Under the pieces are notes generated by a model that saw nothing but the letters and a program-made list of their open reading frames with translations, had not been told where the DNA came from and made no database searches. This document shows, in pieces, positions 1 through 12,520 of a stretch of 64,000 nt of DNA. The stretch comes from the human T2T-CHM13v2.0 reference genome, Homo sapiens. The DNA lies in NCBI RefSeq assembly GCF_009914755.1, contig NC_060929.1; one strand, 5' to 3'. Made by a program: the position numbers and the translations under genes. The stretch's first letter is position 1, and every line of letters starts with the position of its first letter.

Positions 1-639
1 CTCTTTTTTTGCATATAAAATGCTGCAATATATATACCTACTCTAATGTTTCTAGTAGGGGACGTTTAGCACAGTGATTTATTAGAAAATAGGAAAGAAA
101 GAACCACGCTCACCTCTGGGGCAAGGAGGTGGGTGGGGAAACTTGCCCATTCTACCCCTTTATATATAAGAAGTGAAAAATCTGTCCTGTTCATTTGTAA
201 ATTCACTTGGAACCTTTCTTCTTGTTGAGCTGTTTGATAACAGAAACGTGCTGAGATTTTTGTTTCAAGACAATTCCCATTTCTCAGAACTCCCCCTACT
301 TTTTCTGTAACTATCATTCAGGAAAACGGGAATAGCAGCTTAAACAGTTAATAGTCAATTCCAGCTCCCATTTTTATGAGTGAAAGACAGTTTCTCTCTT
401 AAGATGGTAACAGTTAAATGCAAAACTAATCTAACCAGCCATTGGGTGGCACTGTTGCTCCACTGAATTCTTGGTTAAAGAGCATTTCTCTTATACTAAA
501 AAAGGGAGGCGAAGCGAAACCCTGATTGTGCCTTAAGGAAAGTAGCATTGTTTAAATGGGAAAACTGACTTTCCCCTGTTTCTTTGATTCTTTCTATCTA
601 GTAAACATTCTTTGACCCAGAAATGACAACTACTTGTCA

Positions 640-810
640 TTGTCCGTATTCGAATGGAAATATTAATTGTTTGATGGGTGCTACCTGGAGTCTTGTGTTG
701 AGAAGGATTCTGAGGCCGCATCCAAGACAATGGAGAGAATGTTATGGATTGATTAGCAATATTGGCTGTGGGTATGGAATATTGGAGTGGTGACATGCTT
801 GTCATTCTTG
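640..810. mobile_element. MER117/MER112-type hAT-Charlie DNA transposon fragment
   Basis: Core CCTGGAG..TGTGTTGAGAAGGATTCTGAGGCCGC matches the remembered hAT-Charlie MITE consensus; a second copy lies at ~36820-36985. Confidence 0.55.
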
Positions 811-1344
811 CTTGAGACTACATTTTGAACTCCTTGTGCTGATGGCCTTGGTATAAATTCTGCACTTTCACTGGGGCTAGAATGGAGAATATGTGGTTAG
901 AACAGAAAGAAAAATGTTAGAGTAAGTTAAGCGATATGTTAGACTCAGGATATTAGAGCATATTGTTCATCCCTGATAATGTGAACATGACCTGAATTAT
1001 AAGTGCCCTCTTTTCTTACCTACTTGATCTAAGCCAGAGTTTTAAGATTATGAGAAAATGATGTCATTACCACAAGAAGGATAATCATTTTGGATTGGCT
1101 GTCCACAGAAGGTGAAGGTCAAAACAAATTGTTTTCATCACAACATCAGAAACCTGGAAGCCCAACTATATATTCAGCACAGAGTTAATGATGCCATGCT
1201 TATTTGATTTCAAATCTATTATGGTTTTTAAATTTACCATGAAAGAGCTATGACTGCCATGTATGTATGATTTTGCGAGTATATTAAGCTTTCTCCAGCT
1301 CTCTAAAAACCTTACAATATTCCTTGACACTGGGGCGTTTATTG

Positions 1345-1566
1345 AACGTGCTATGCAAAAGAGTTTTCTGTGATAATAAAAGCCTTCCATATTTGTGCTG
1401 CCCAATAAGATAATCACTAGCCATTTGTGGTTACTGAGCACTTCAAATGTGGCCAGTGTGATTGAGGAACTGGATTTTACGTTTTTATGTAATTTAAATT
1501 TATTTACATTTAAATGTAAATAGCCAAATGTGTCCACTAGCTTCTTTATTGAACAGTAAAGTTCTA
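1345..1566 (+). mobile_element. MER3 (hAT-Charlie MITE)
   Basis: CACTAGCCATTTGTGGTTACTGAGCACTTCAAATGTGGCCAGTGTGATTGAGGAACTG and the AT-rich centre match MER3. Confidence 0.85.
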
Positions 1567-1669
1567 GCCACTTCAGAAATTATGAACTCTGGGATTTGGA
1601 GGCTGCACAGTCTATCAAACCACATGACCTTCACACAGGCACAATTATATCCAATAGAATAGTTAAGGC

Positions 1670-1780
1670 TTATTGAGCATTCACTATGTGTACTGCACTG
1701 TTCTTAACATTTTACTTATTTAATCTTCCCAACAACTTATGTAGAAATACCCTTGTCCCCATTTTACAGATGAGAAAATT
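1670..1780 (-). mobile_element. MIR SINE fragment
   Basis: CCCCATTTTACAGATGAGAAAA MIR core (reverse orientation). Confidence 0.75.
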
Positions 1781-2297
1781 TATAACAAAGTGATATCTGC
1801 TAAAATGTAGATAGATGCCCAACTGGGATACATTGGTCCTGTGTGCTGGCTGAGGTTTGGTTTCTCTTTCAACTAATACTGTCTAAATGTGTATTCATTG
1901 TTTGTTTAGGAAGGAATTTGAGCTCATGGATGGAAAGGCAGAGAAAGATGGCCCTGGCCGTCTCAGGTCCTCTCTGCAAAACAAGAATCCTCTTTAGAAG
2001 GTAGTGTCATGGCCATTTTGTTCCTGGGAGATGCCTCTTGAGAGTCTCATCTTCCTCCGTCTTCTCTAAATAGCTTACCCAAGTGTTCCCTCAACGAAAC
2101 AGACTTCCGTCTTTGGAGGTTTTCCAGCAAATACAATTTTCTCCAACTTACTACATTTACAGTGTTGTTCTAACATCTTTTACAGATAACGCCCTGGGTA
2201 ACCGCCTGTACCTGGCTCTGAGGGGGCACACAGTTAAGGTTTTGTGGTGGCCAGAGGACAGCAAAGTTTTACAATGGCAGAAAATCAGTGAAGGTCT

Positions 2298-2764
2298 GCT
2301 GAAGATAGAATAATGTTACTCCCAACACCTACCCCGGAACACATGAATATATTACCTTACATGGCAAAAGAAACTTTTCAGATGTGACAAACGGGTCCTG
2401 AGGTGGGAAGAATACCGTGGATTATTGGGGTAGGTCTCACATAATCACGAAACACCTTATAAAAGGCAGACATAAAATCAGAGAGGAGAAAGCAATGTGA
2501 TAATAGTGGGGAGAGAGAGGGAGAGAGAAAGGAGAAGATGCTATAATGCTATACTGCTGGCTTTTAACAGGGAAGGAGCCAAGAGACAAGGATTGTATAT
2601 GGTTTCAAGAAGATGGAGAAGGCAAGGAAACAGATTCTCCCCAAGAAACTGCAGAAGGAATGCAGCCCTGCCAGACCCATTTTTGAACTTCTTACCTCCA
2701 GAGTTGTAAGATAATAAGCTAGTATTAACGTAATTTGTTGCAGCAGCAATAAGAAGTCAATACA
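2298..2764 (+). mobile_element. MLT1D-like MaLR solo LTR
   Basis: GAATATATTACCTTACATGGCAAAAG..CAGATGTGA near the start and GTAATTTGTTGCAGCAGCAATAAGAAGTCAATACA end. Confidence 0.85.
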
Positions 2765-2825
2765 CATTCTTCGAAAGAGAGACTTTTGAGCCAATTCACA
2801 GGATTGAAGAGCATTGTGAGATAAA

Positions 2826-3182
2826 GTCTTAGTCCACTGGGGCTCCTGTAACAAAATGCCTTAGACTGGATAATTTGTAAACAACAGAAATTTATTCCTC
2901 ACCATTCTGGAGGATGCAAAGTTCAAGAACAAGGTGCTAGCTGATTTAGTGTCAGAAGACTTGCTCTCTGCATCTAAGATGGTGCCTTCTTCTTGTATTC
3001 ACATGTGTCAGAAGGTGACAGCGGGCTCTCCAAAGCCTCTTTTATAAAGGCACTAATCCATTCATGGAGCCCTCATGATCTAATTATCTCCCAAAGGCCC
3101 CACCTCTTATTATTATTGTGTTGGGGGTTTAGGTTTCAACATACAAATTTTGGGGACACACACACACATTCAGACCATGGCA
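2826..3182 (-). mobile_element. MLT1A-like MaLR solo LTR
   Basis: GTCTTAGTCCA..GCTCCTGTAACAAAATGCCTTAGACTGG, CTCCCAAAGGCCCCACCTC, ACATTCAGACCATGGCA. Confidence 0.85.
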
Positions 3183-3727
3183 GGTAGAGAAGGGAAGGGC
3201 ATTCCAGCAAATTCAAAAGCATGAAGCTTCAGAAAAATCATTCAGTGCATGGGAGAGGTGTGTATCTCTGGTTGCCTGCAGTTTAGGTGACTTTCAGGGA
3301 ATTAAGAAGCAGAGCTTTAGTGTCACTGCCAGAAGCACGCTGTGTGGTATAGGAAAAAGGAGGCGTCTAGTTTCACTGTTAATCACTAGTATTATAAGAG
3401 CAATACCGGGGCCAGTCTTTCCTCCTCTATAGCACAGATATACCTCAGGAGCCTCCCATGGTCTAGCTCCTTGTATTTCCTTTCCCTTACAGATCAAGAG
3501 AAAACCCCTAACTATTTGCTATAAGAAAGGATGAAGGATTCAGAGCAAAGGTCACCATTAAAAATAAGAAAGTAACTTGAAAGAGATAAAGCTACTTCTG
3601 TTACCTTAGAATTGTTAGCCGCCATTATGAAGTGAATGAGAAGAGAGAAAATTATCAATTTCATATTGGAGAAAGGCTCATAAAGGAATTCTTTTTGACC
3701 TTTATCATGTATCTTATGCTTTTATCA

Positions 3728-3746
3728 CATATATATATATATATAT
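3728..3746. repeat. (AT)n microsatellite
   Basis: Direct reading: run of ~9 AT units. Confidence 0.85.
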
Positions 3747-3945
3747 GATAGCAGGATGGAGAAAAATAAAATTGGTAAAAGATTTCTTCTTAAGGAAAAG
3801 CCTTCTTTCTCCTTTTGAAAACTTTTGTGATAAGCTAGCTGTCTTGGGGGAGAAGCTAAAGTTCTGCAAGGCTGGATGCATGAGCCCCAAGCATCAATAA
3901 CACAGACACTGATTTGTTCAGAATCCCTAGAGATTCGTTGGTAGA

Positions 3946-4240
3946 CAGGGCAGGGGCTAGGCTGAGGTGAGGGAAGAACTTGCTTAGGTTACAACACGTA
4001 ACAAACATCAAAAACCCAGTCATCAAGATAAATGATATTTAAATACAATATCTTAAATAAGTTTAAATTAATGTAAAAAAATACAGTTCCATTATGGAGC
4101 TTGAAGCAAATGAAAAATCAGTAACACTGAACCGATCTCTAAAGTTTTGATATTTTCATTATTATGGATTTTATATTAATTTTTATTTTAAAAATGTTGA
4201 ATTCACCCATTTATCTCGATTTTTCAGTTTTTTGGCACTT
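3946..4240 (+). mobile_element. MER96B-like hAT MITE with internal inverted arms
   Basis: CAGGGC..CTAGGCTGAGG start; AAAAACCCAGTCATCAAGATAAATGATATTT is mirrored by ATTTATCTCGATTTTTCAGTTTTTTGGCAC. Confidence 0.55.
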
Positions 4241-4968
4241 TTTATCTTAGATTCTAGGTGTTCAATAGCCAGCTGCACAATAAAAAGGCCGAGAGATTCA
4301 AGAGTGAGAATTTATCACCTAAAAGTTTGCAGGTTTTCTAAACTTTATACATCAACTGAGGCGAGTAGTTACTAATTCTGCTAGCACCATTTGATGAGGA
4401 GAACAAGGCACTGTGAGGCAAATGTCTTATGTGCAATTTCAGAGCTTACACAATGTCTTCTGTTTTTAGGTCTGTGTTTTTACCATAGTTCAGGTAATTT
4501 CTTGGCTGAGATTTATTGTTTTCTTCTCTCTTTCTTTCTAATGCTTTATCTCCTTGTCTCTTTCAAGGATGGTGCTAGTTTAGTTGTAGAAGAAATTGAG
4601 AATATCTAAGTATGTAAATTTGTCACTTTTTTCTTATTTCTTCGTTTGTTCTCATTCATATGTTAAAGCAGAAAAAAATGCTGTAGTGTTAATTTGGTTT
4701 TAGGAAAATAGTTCTCAGCTACACATATCACAATGTCTAAACACAAGATCTGACAGTTTCTGGCAGAAGTCATCATTTAAATTTTGGTTGTAATTACAGT
4801 TTAACTAGGATACCTTCCACTGGCATTTTTTTTCTATGTTCTTTTAAATTTATATGAGTAAATGTATATGTATAGGTAGATAGAGATATAAAGATGGATT
4901 GGGTAGAGAGATAATAAACATAGTTCTTAACCATAATCGTAACATTATCTGTTAAATGTCTCAATTTA

Positions 4969-5157
4969 TTTAATTCATATTTAAATGGACAAAAAACAAT
5001 TGTATAAATTTATCATGTACAATATGATATTTTTAAATATGTATGCATTGTAGAATGGTTCATTTGAGCCAGTCATCATATGCATTATCTCACATGCTTA
5101 TTTTTTGTGGTAAGAACACTTAAAATCTACTCTCAGAGATTTTCAAAATACAATACA
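4969..5157 (-). mobile_element. L1MA-family 3' end (5'-truncated) with 15-bp TSD
   Basis: TTTTTTGTGGTAAGAACACTTAAAATCTACTCTC L1MA 3'UTR motif; AAATGTCTCAATTTA at 4954-4968 and 5158-5172. Confidence 0.85.
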
Positions 5158-5809
5158 AAATGTCTCAATTTAAACGAGGGTTACATTTTGCTACCAAATG
5201 GTGGATTCATTAATTAATTAGGGGCAATTCTTATTATTCATATCTCATATAGTTTTCCTCTGGTCTAATTTCTGATGTACGATTCATAAGAAGAGTAAAA
5301 ATAAAAAAGAAAGAACTTTAATAGAATAGCATATGTGTCAAACTATTTATTATTATTATTTTTTTGCACATAATGAGAATGCTCCAGATGGTTGAACTCA
5401 TGCTGGACATGTAATAATGAGGAACCTTTGGATTGTACCCATGAAGACACAGACAGCATTTACAGAGACTAATGAGGACAGGCCCTGTCACTGGTACATC
5501 ATGGCTGTGTTCAGATGAGGACAATGTGATCATACGTCAAGGAACTGCAGAATGGATGCGCCACCCAGGAAGGAGACAGCTGAGAGGACAGGACACATCC
5601 CAAGTAGCTAACTAAAAGGCAGTGACCGGGAAAATTCACCTGTAAAATCTGCCTCCATATGTAGGACGCTGTGCATAGGGTGAGGGTGGGATGACATTCT
5701 TTTCAAAGGGAATCTTTGAACCTATGAGCAGATTGCCTTGGATCTAAAAGAAGCAATTTTAAATAGTTATAAAATGTTTATGCTTCTCTTGAAAGTTACA
5801 AACTGAGTT

Positions 5810-5960
5810 TGGTGTCTGGTATAGTTGAGATGTTAGCTCTTTTACCAACTAGTTGTGCCTTTGGCTAATCTACATAACTTCTCTAAAACAGGAGTGATGA
5901 TAGTACTTAAACTCATAGTGCGATGGTTGAAATTCAATGAGATAAGAGACATAAAGTACC
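5810..5960 (+). mobile_element. MIR SINE (degraded)
   Basis: ACTAGTTGTGCCTTTGG..GATGATAGTACTTAAACTCATAG..AATGAGATAA. Confidence 0.55.
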
Positions 5961-5961
5961 T

Positions 5962-6500
5962 CCCCACAGGGCAGCCAGAGCTGTATTTTAAAACATAATC
6001 ACATTATATCACTTACCTAGGCACACAAAGCCCTCAAAGATCTGAGTCTTGCCTGGCTGACCTCATCCATGACTTCTCTGCCCTTCATTCACTATCTTGC
6101 AGTCACTGACTTTTTTTTTTTCGTGTTTCTTGTACACACAAATTCATACCTACAGCAAAAACCTGATGCCGACTGTTTCCGCTGTCTGAATGCTCTTCTC
6201 TCAACTGTTAATAGAGGTCTTCCCTGACTATTTAACTAAAATACTGTCCCTGCCACCCCACAATCACCTTCTGTTCCGTTACCCTATATTATGTTCTTCA
6301 CAACACCTTACACTATTTGAAATTGTCTCTTTGATTCTTTTTTAAAAATTTTCTGTCACCATCCCCCTTGTCTCAATGAGGATGTAAGTTCTGTGTGAGC
6401 TTGGACCTCATGTGGGACTTCAACTTGGCATTCCCCGTGTTTATAACAGCACCTGGTAGTAGGCACTCAATTAAAATGTATGGAATGGCCGAGTGAATGA
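5962..6500 (+). mobile_element. L2 LINE 3' end
   Basis: CAGCCAGAG..TTTTAAAACAT, GGTCTTCCCTGACTA, and tail ACAGCACCTGGTAGTAGGCACTCAATTAAA..GAATGA. Confidence 0.75.
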
Positions 6501-7660
6501 GCACAAGGCCTGTGGTTCAATCGAAGTTGGCTCCTGTCTGTATCCCTGTTGGTAACACTGCGTACACCAGTGGGATGGGGACTTTGGGCCTTGTCAGGGT
6601 TGTTCAGTGGTTCTGCTCAGTGTGATTTCTCTCTGAGGTCCGGAGAGTTAAGGAGCCTTTTGTCTCAGGATTAGGGAACTATTTGCTTTTACTACCTGGA
6701 ATTTGTACTGTCACAGTTGAGCATTTGAACTTTCATGCTATTCAAGTGCTGATGCGGGTATTTGAGATCTTAATAGCAAAAGTAAAAAGAATATGTCCAT
6801 AGTTCATAAACAGACACCCTATGCTTCCATTTTGCTTTTATAGCACTTCATCACAGTGAAGAGTGGATTCAGTGATGCACGAAGTTTTTACATCATCTCC
6901 GACTTGCACCACTTACGAGCTTTAAAGTGACCCCCCGGCTTTAAAGCTTCCTGAAGCAAATTACCTATTGCCACCGATACTAAAATGGTACTTCTTCCTT
7001 AAATCCCAATAAATCCCCCAAATGTTATGCAAATTGAAAAATACCCCTGTCAAAAGACTGTCAGATAACACCTCTCTTTCCCAAAGACTATTTGTAAGCA
7101 TAAAGAAACATCCAGAAAGAAGTAATAAATTGTTCTAGTAGGCTGTTCTGGCAGCCATTAATAAATCAATATGAAGGGGAGTTCTGAAGGGCAAAATGTT
7201 GCTGTCGGTGGGTGTCCGATTTAATTTTGCTCTAAATTAATATTTTGAATATGATAAGTGAGCTGGCAGGAACAGATTTCGTGATTAATTCTATGGAGTC
7301 AAAAATGCTTTGATGGCACTTTAATAGCTGCTCCACTGATCTAAAAGTGCCTGAAACGGGCTCACGTGGGCATGCTCACAAATTGCATGATAATGTGGAT
7401 CCCACCCAAGGAGGAGATTTACTTTTTATTTTCAAATATCTGGCATACCTTGGGATAGACGTGTTTCATCACGCAAGTGGAGACATTTTTATAGCATTGT
7501 GAGCCATGGCTGAATGATACATGTGGTACGAGTGAGCAGAAAGTGCCGTTAAAACTCGCCTGTAAGTCCTGCCTCCCAGAAGCCATTGTAAATCAGCTTA
7601 CAATGAAATCATTGCTCCTTTGAGAATGAGAGTTCCTAGAATGAAAAAAATATGTATTTC

Positions 7661-7918
7661 TTTTTTATTATTATTATACTTTAAGTTTTAGGGTACATGT
7701 GCACAATGTGCAGGTTAGTTACATATGTATACATGTGCAATGCTGGTGCGCTGCACCCACTAACTCGTCCTCTAGCATTAGGTATATCTCCCAGTGCTAT
7801 CCCTCCCCCCTCCCCCCACCCCACAACAGTTAGGGATCTAGAACTAGATATACCATTTGACCCAGCCATCTCATTACTGGGTATATAGCCAAGGGACTAT
7901 AAATCATGCTGCTATAAA
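7661..7918 (-). mobile_element. Young L1PA (L1PA3-like) 3' fragment with 5' inversion
   Basis: 7661-7830 is the L1 3'UTR/poly(A) on the minus strand; 7832-7918 is an ORF2 piece on the plus strand (RDLELDIPFDPAISLLGI); TSD AAAAAATATRTATTTC at 7645-7660 and 7916-7931. Confidence 0.95.
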
Positions 7919-8084
7919 AAATATATATTTCAAAAAGGCCAGAAAAATAGATATAACCTGAGCTCATGAATGAGAAACAAGAATGAAGCCCACATGTTTA
8001 CTTTGGGGTCAACTCTGCCTTTAAGTTGCTGCTAGCGTGATAGGCTTCCATTATGTGAACTGGGAGGCTCCCGCTGAATTATGG

Positions 8085-8840
8085 CATTTATTAGCAGTGT
8101 ATTGAGTGCGTCAGGTATTTTGTTAAATGTTGAGACATTAAGGAAAAAGGCGACAGACTGCCTACACTTATAGAGCTTATAGTCCTCCTTGTGAGGCAAA
8201 TATTAGCTGAAGGCAGAAGAAGGGCTGAATAGAGGATTGAACAAAGGGTCTTAGGGCCATATGAGAAGACAGAATAAGCTCTGTCCAGGGACTTCTATGT
8301 TTCATCTCTTTCTTAAAGTATAGGATTTTGATGGGGGTACACAGATATTTTAAGCTGAGAAAATAAAGGGGAAAAGCCTAAAGGTACACATCCTTGGGCA
8401 GTGAAAAGTTAGTTATGGGTCCTAAGGGAGGTAGGATCATGATATACACTTTAGGAAGATTACTGTGGAAACTACGTTTATGTTGTGGATTATATTAGAG
8501 AAATATGCATGTCATCGTTAAGCCAGATTTCTGGCTACAACAAGTCATCAAAGGTCCCCTTACTCAGCACATCTCCTACAGCCAGTTTGTGGGGGAAGCC
8601 AAAAAGTTTCAGCTAAATTGCATTTTATGGGCCTGCAGGACATTAAAAGAAGCTTACAATTCATTAGACATGTGGATCTATGGATGTGAGGCTCAGAGAT
8701 CTTGATTGTAGACATAGATTGGGGATCACAAATTTGAATGAGATCATGCAAGTAGAGTGGGTAGAGTGAAAAGAGAAGAGGTCTTAGGTCCAAATCTTGA
8801 TGAACATCAACAATTAGAGATGAATGGGAGAAGAAAGAAG
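8085..8840 (-). mobile_element. L2 LINE fragments
   Basis: TATTGAGTGCGTCAGG..AGAGCTTATAGTC tail and GAGATCATGCAAGTAGAGTGGGTAGAGTGAAAAGAGAAGAGG body. Confidence 0.6.
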
Positions 8841-10056
8841 GCTTTATGAGAATTTGTTAAGTCTCTTCCATGTGAATGAGTAAAAATAATACGAGAGAAA
8901 TGAGAAATCAATTACTTCACTTAGATTGTTTTGAATACAGGCTGAACATTTGAAGTTGGAGGTATACTAATTGGTCATTCAGATCTCACCAATGCCAAAG
9001 CAAACACAAAGGAAAAGCATTCCTGTGTTCTCTGTTCTTGCTAGAAGCCTATGTGATTTTTAAGTTATATGTGGTTGGGTAAATGTTTGGGCAAAAGCAG
9101 TCCTATGACATCTTTTTCTATAGGGAAGAAAAACAAAACTAAGCTTTAATTAGGTCCCTCACACTTACTTTTCTTTCAATCTGCTGACTTACGCTACTTT
9201 CTTCTTTTTGTTGCCTTTGCTGTTTCAAAGTACACATCAGCGATGCTTAGGATTATTTACTATGCATTGGCATTATACTTTTGCTATTAATATTCATTAG
9301 AACCCTGGAAAATTGATTAGTTAATTAAGTGCAAAAGACTTGCCTGAGAAGCTGTTCATTTATTCTTATGTTTAATATGCTTCATATACATAGTATCATT
9401 CACTCATTTTTTTCAGTCTCCTTCAAAGACTTCCCAACAAATTATTACTCAACAAGCACACATATTATTTTGTTTGTTTGTTTCACTGGCACTCTAAGCT
9501 GTCTAGTAGCAAATCTAATATCTGTGTTTGTAGACTAATGGGTAAGGGAAATAACCATACTCTTATGAGCGAGTCTTTTTGTTCACTTTAGATTCAGCAA
9601 AACTGAAGTTTAAAGATAAAAACTGTTTTGAGGATTAAATATTCATTCAACTTTGTCCTGCCCATTGATAATTATCTGGGATGCAGGTAACGTAGGGCAT
9701 ATTTTTACTCTTTAAAGTCACTATGATGATTAAAATTCTTCCATTGAAGATGAATAAATTCAAATGTTGGACTCAAGATGCCAAGCCCAGCCACCTCTAT
9801 TTGGCCACTGGCCATGCAGAACCCTGGTGTCTTCAGTTTTCCAGAATTATACTTGGAGGCCCTGGCTTTTCCTGGAAAGGGCCATAAGAGACTCAAGTGT
9901 CAAACCAGAATTGTTAATTTATGATTTTGCCTGGAGAAATAAGATTGTCAGGAGGTCCAGATTACGTTCTGACTTAGAACATTCTCTCTCTCTAAGCCTT
10001 GAGATGATGTGAGGATGGTCTTTACAATCATCCCCAAAAATTGCATGGAAAATTGC

Positions 10057-10057
<1 letters not shown>

Positions 10058-10090
<33 letters not shown>
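10058..10090. repeat. (TG)16 microsatellite
   Basis: Direct reading. Confidence 0.95.
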
Positions 10091-10091
<1 letters not shown>

Positions 10092-11194
10092 TGCATGCAA
10101 ACTTTGTTTTTTGTTGTGGAGAGGGCCAAAGCTTTCTTTGATTCTCCAAGTCAAGAACTCATGCAATAACCAAACTGCAAGTGAAACCTAATTATTCTTG
10201 GAAGATTGCTTGACAAGCATAAAGAAAAGGGAGGTAGTAAGAAAAGTTGAATGGCACTGCCACCATAAGGTGCATCCTCCAAGGAGACAGGATCATTGTG
10301 CCTGGCAAGGGTATGCTTCTTAGCCAGACAGGTTTGCATGTGTGCTCTGAGTGGTTGCTTTTGGATAAATCCTTCTCTAAGACTTCTGTATCTGATCAAG
10401 CTCTCTTCCATTCCAGAGTCTTCCTTGAGGTATGTTGCCATCATCAATCTAGTTAAATTTAACTTTTCCAGGCCTGAGAACACTTAAAGGTAATGTTTAC
10501 TACCTAGTCTGATCTATTTCATATTGATTTTGTTTTTTAAATTTCAGAGGACAATCATTATTGTCTTATTTCCACAATTTGATAGAGTCAGGAGAAGGCA
10601 GATCCTCATACTCTTGAGGTATTGGCAGCACGAATATCAATAATTTAATTTTTTTGGATTATAAGGTAGTTTCTGTTGAAATTCATATATCCCTGAGAGG
10701 AGAAACACAGCTTTAACCCACTTTATTCCCCGTTTTGAATTTATCTATCTGATCTGATTTTTTTGTGGAATAAACTTGCTGGTTGATTGTCAGTTTGGGC
10801 TTTCTATAGTCCTTCTATTTTACGTTTGTTTTCTATCTCACTAACTTCTGATACTTCAAAAAAATTCCTTCTTTGGATTTATTATGCTGCTCTTTTCTTT
10901 CTTCTTGAAATAATGTTTGGTTTCTTAATGCTCAGCCTTTCTTTTCTACTATGTGTATTTAAGTTTTTAAATTTCCTCAAAGTACAGTTTTATCTGTATG
11001 TCATATGTATTGATAAACAGTATGAGTTCAAAATATTTTCTGATCTCCATTATGTTTTTTCTTTGATGTGGATTATTTAGTTCATTTTTAAATTTCCAAC
11101 ACATGGGAAATTTCCAGTTATCTTCTACTTTATTTCCAGCTGAATTTCATTGTGGTTTGAGATTATATTCTGTAGAATTTTAGTGCTTTGAAAA

Positions 11195-12520
11195 ATTTTT
11201 TTTCCTTCCAACTTTTGTTTTAGACTCAGGGGTACATGTGCGGGTCTGTTACAAGGGTAAATTGTGTATCATAGGGCTTTGGTGTACAGATAATTTTGTC
11301 ACCTATATAATTAGCTTAGTACCTAACAGGCAGTTTTTCAATCTTCGCCCTCTTCCCACCCTCCACCTTTAAGTAGGCTACAGTGTCTGTTGTTCCCCTT
11401 TCTGTGTCCCTGTGTTCTCATTATTTAGCTCCCACTTATAAGAGATAACATGCGGTATTTGGTTTTCTATTCCTGTCATTGTTTGCCAAGGATAATGGCG
11501 TCCAGTTCCATCCAGTTCCTGCAAAGGACATGATTTTGTTCCCTTTTTATGACTGTGTAGTATTCCTGGTGTATATGCAACACATTTTCTTTATCCAGCC
11601 TGCTCTTGATGGGAATCTAGGTTGATTCCATGTCTCTGCAAATGTGAACAGTGCTGTGATGAACATACATGTGAATGTATCTTTATGGTAGAACAACTTA
11701 TATTACTTTGGGCATATATCCAGTAAGGGGATTGCTGGCTTGAATGGTGGTTCTATTTTAAGTTCTTCCAGCAATCTCCGGACTGCTTTCCACAGTGGCT
11801 GACCTAATTTACATTCCCACCAGAAGTGTGTAAGTGTTCTATTCTCTCTGCAACCTTACCACATCTGTTATTTTTTTGTAATAGCCATTCTGACTGGTAT
11901 AAGATGGCATCTCATTGTGATTTTCCTTTACATTTCTCTAATGATTAGTGATAATGAGCATTTTTCCATAAGCTTGCTGGTTGTATGTCTTCTCTTGAGA
12001 AATGTCTGTTCATGTCCTTTGTCCATATTTAATGGGGTTGTTTGTTTTTTTGCTTGTTGGTTTGTTTAGCTTCCTTATAGTATCTGTGTATTAGACCTTT
12101 GTTGGATGCATATTTTGCAAATATCCCCTTACCATTCTGTAAATTGTCTGCTTACTCTGTTGATAGTTTTCTTAAAAGAAAGCACAGCATTTAGTTTAAT
12201 TAGGTCCCATTTGCCAATTTTTGTTTTTGTTGCAATTGCTTTTAAAGTCTTCATTATGAAACCTTTGCTAGGTCTGATGCCCAGAATGGTACTTCCTAGG
12301 TTTTCTTTTAGGATTTTTTTAGTTTTAGGTTTAAGTTTAGTCTTTGATCCATCTTGAGTTGATTTTTGTATATGGTCTAAGGAAGGGGTCCAGTTTTAAT
12401 TTCCTGCATATGGCTAGCCAGTTATCCCAGCACCATTTATTGAATAAGGAGTCCTTTCCCCATTGCTTGTTATTGTCAGCTTTGTCAAAGATCAGATGGC
12501 TGTAGGTGCCTTGCTTTATT
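11195..12520 (-). mobile_element. L1PA15/16-like 3' 1.3 kb
   Basis: CAACTTTTGTTTTAGACTCAGGGGTACATGTGCGG.. 3'UTR followed by antisense ORF2 (GGCTAGCCAGTTATCCCAGCACCATTTATTGAATA). Confidence 0.9.

Noticed and set aside
6918-6948. Small inverted repeat AGCTTTAAAG...CTTTAAAGCT
   Set aside because: 10-bp arms built on a self-palindromic core; plausible by chance in 64 kb
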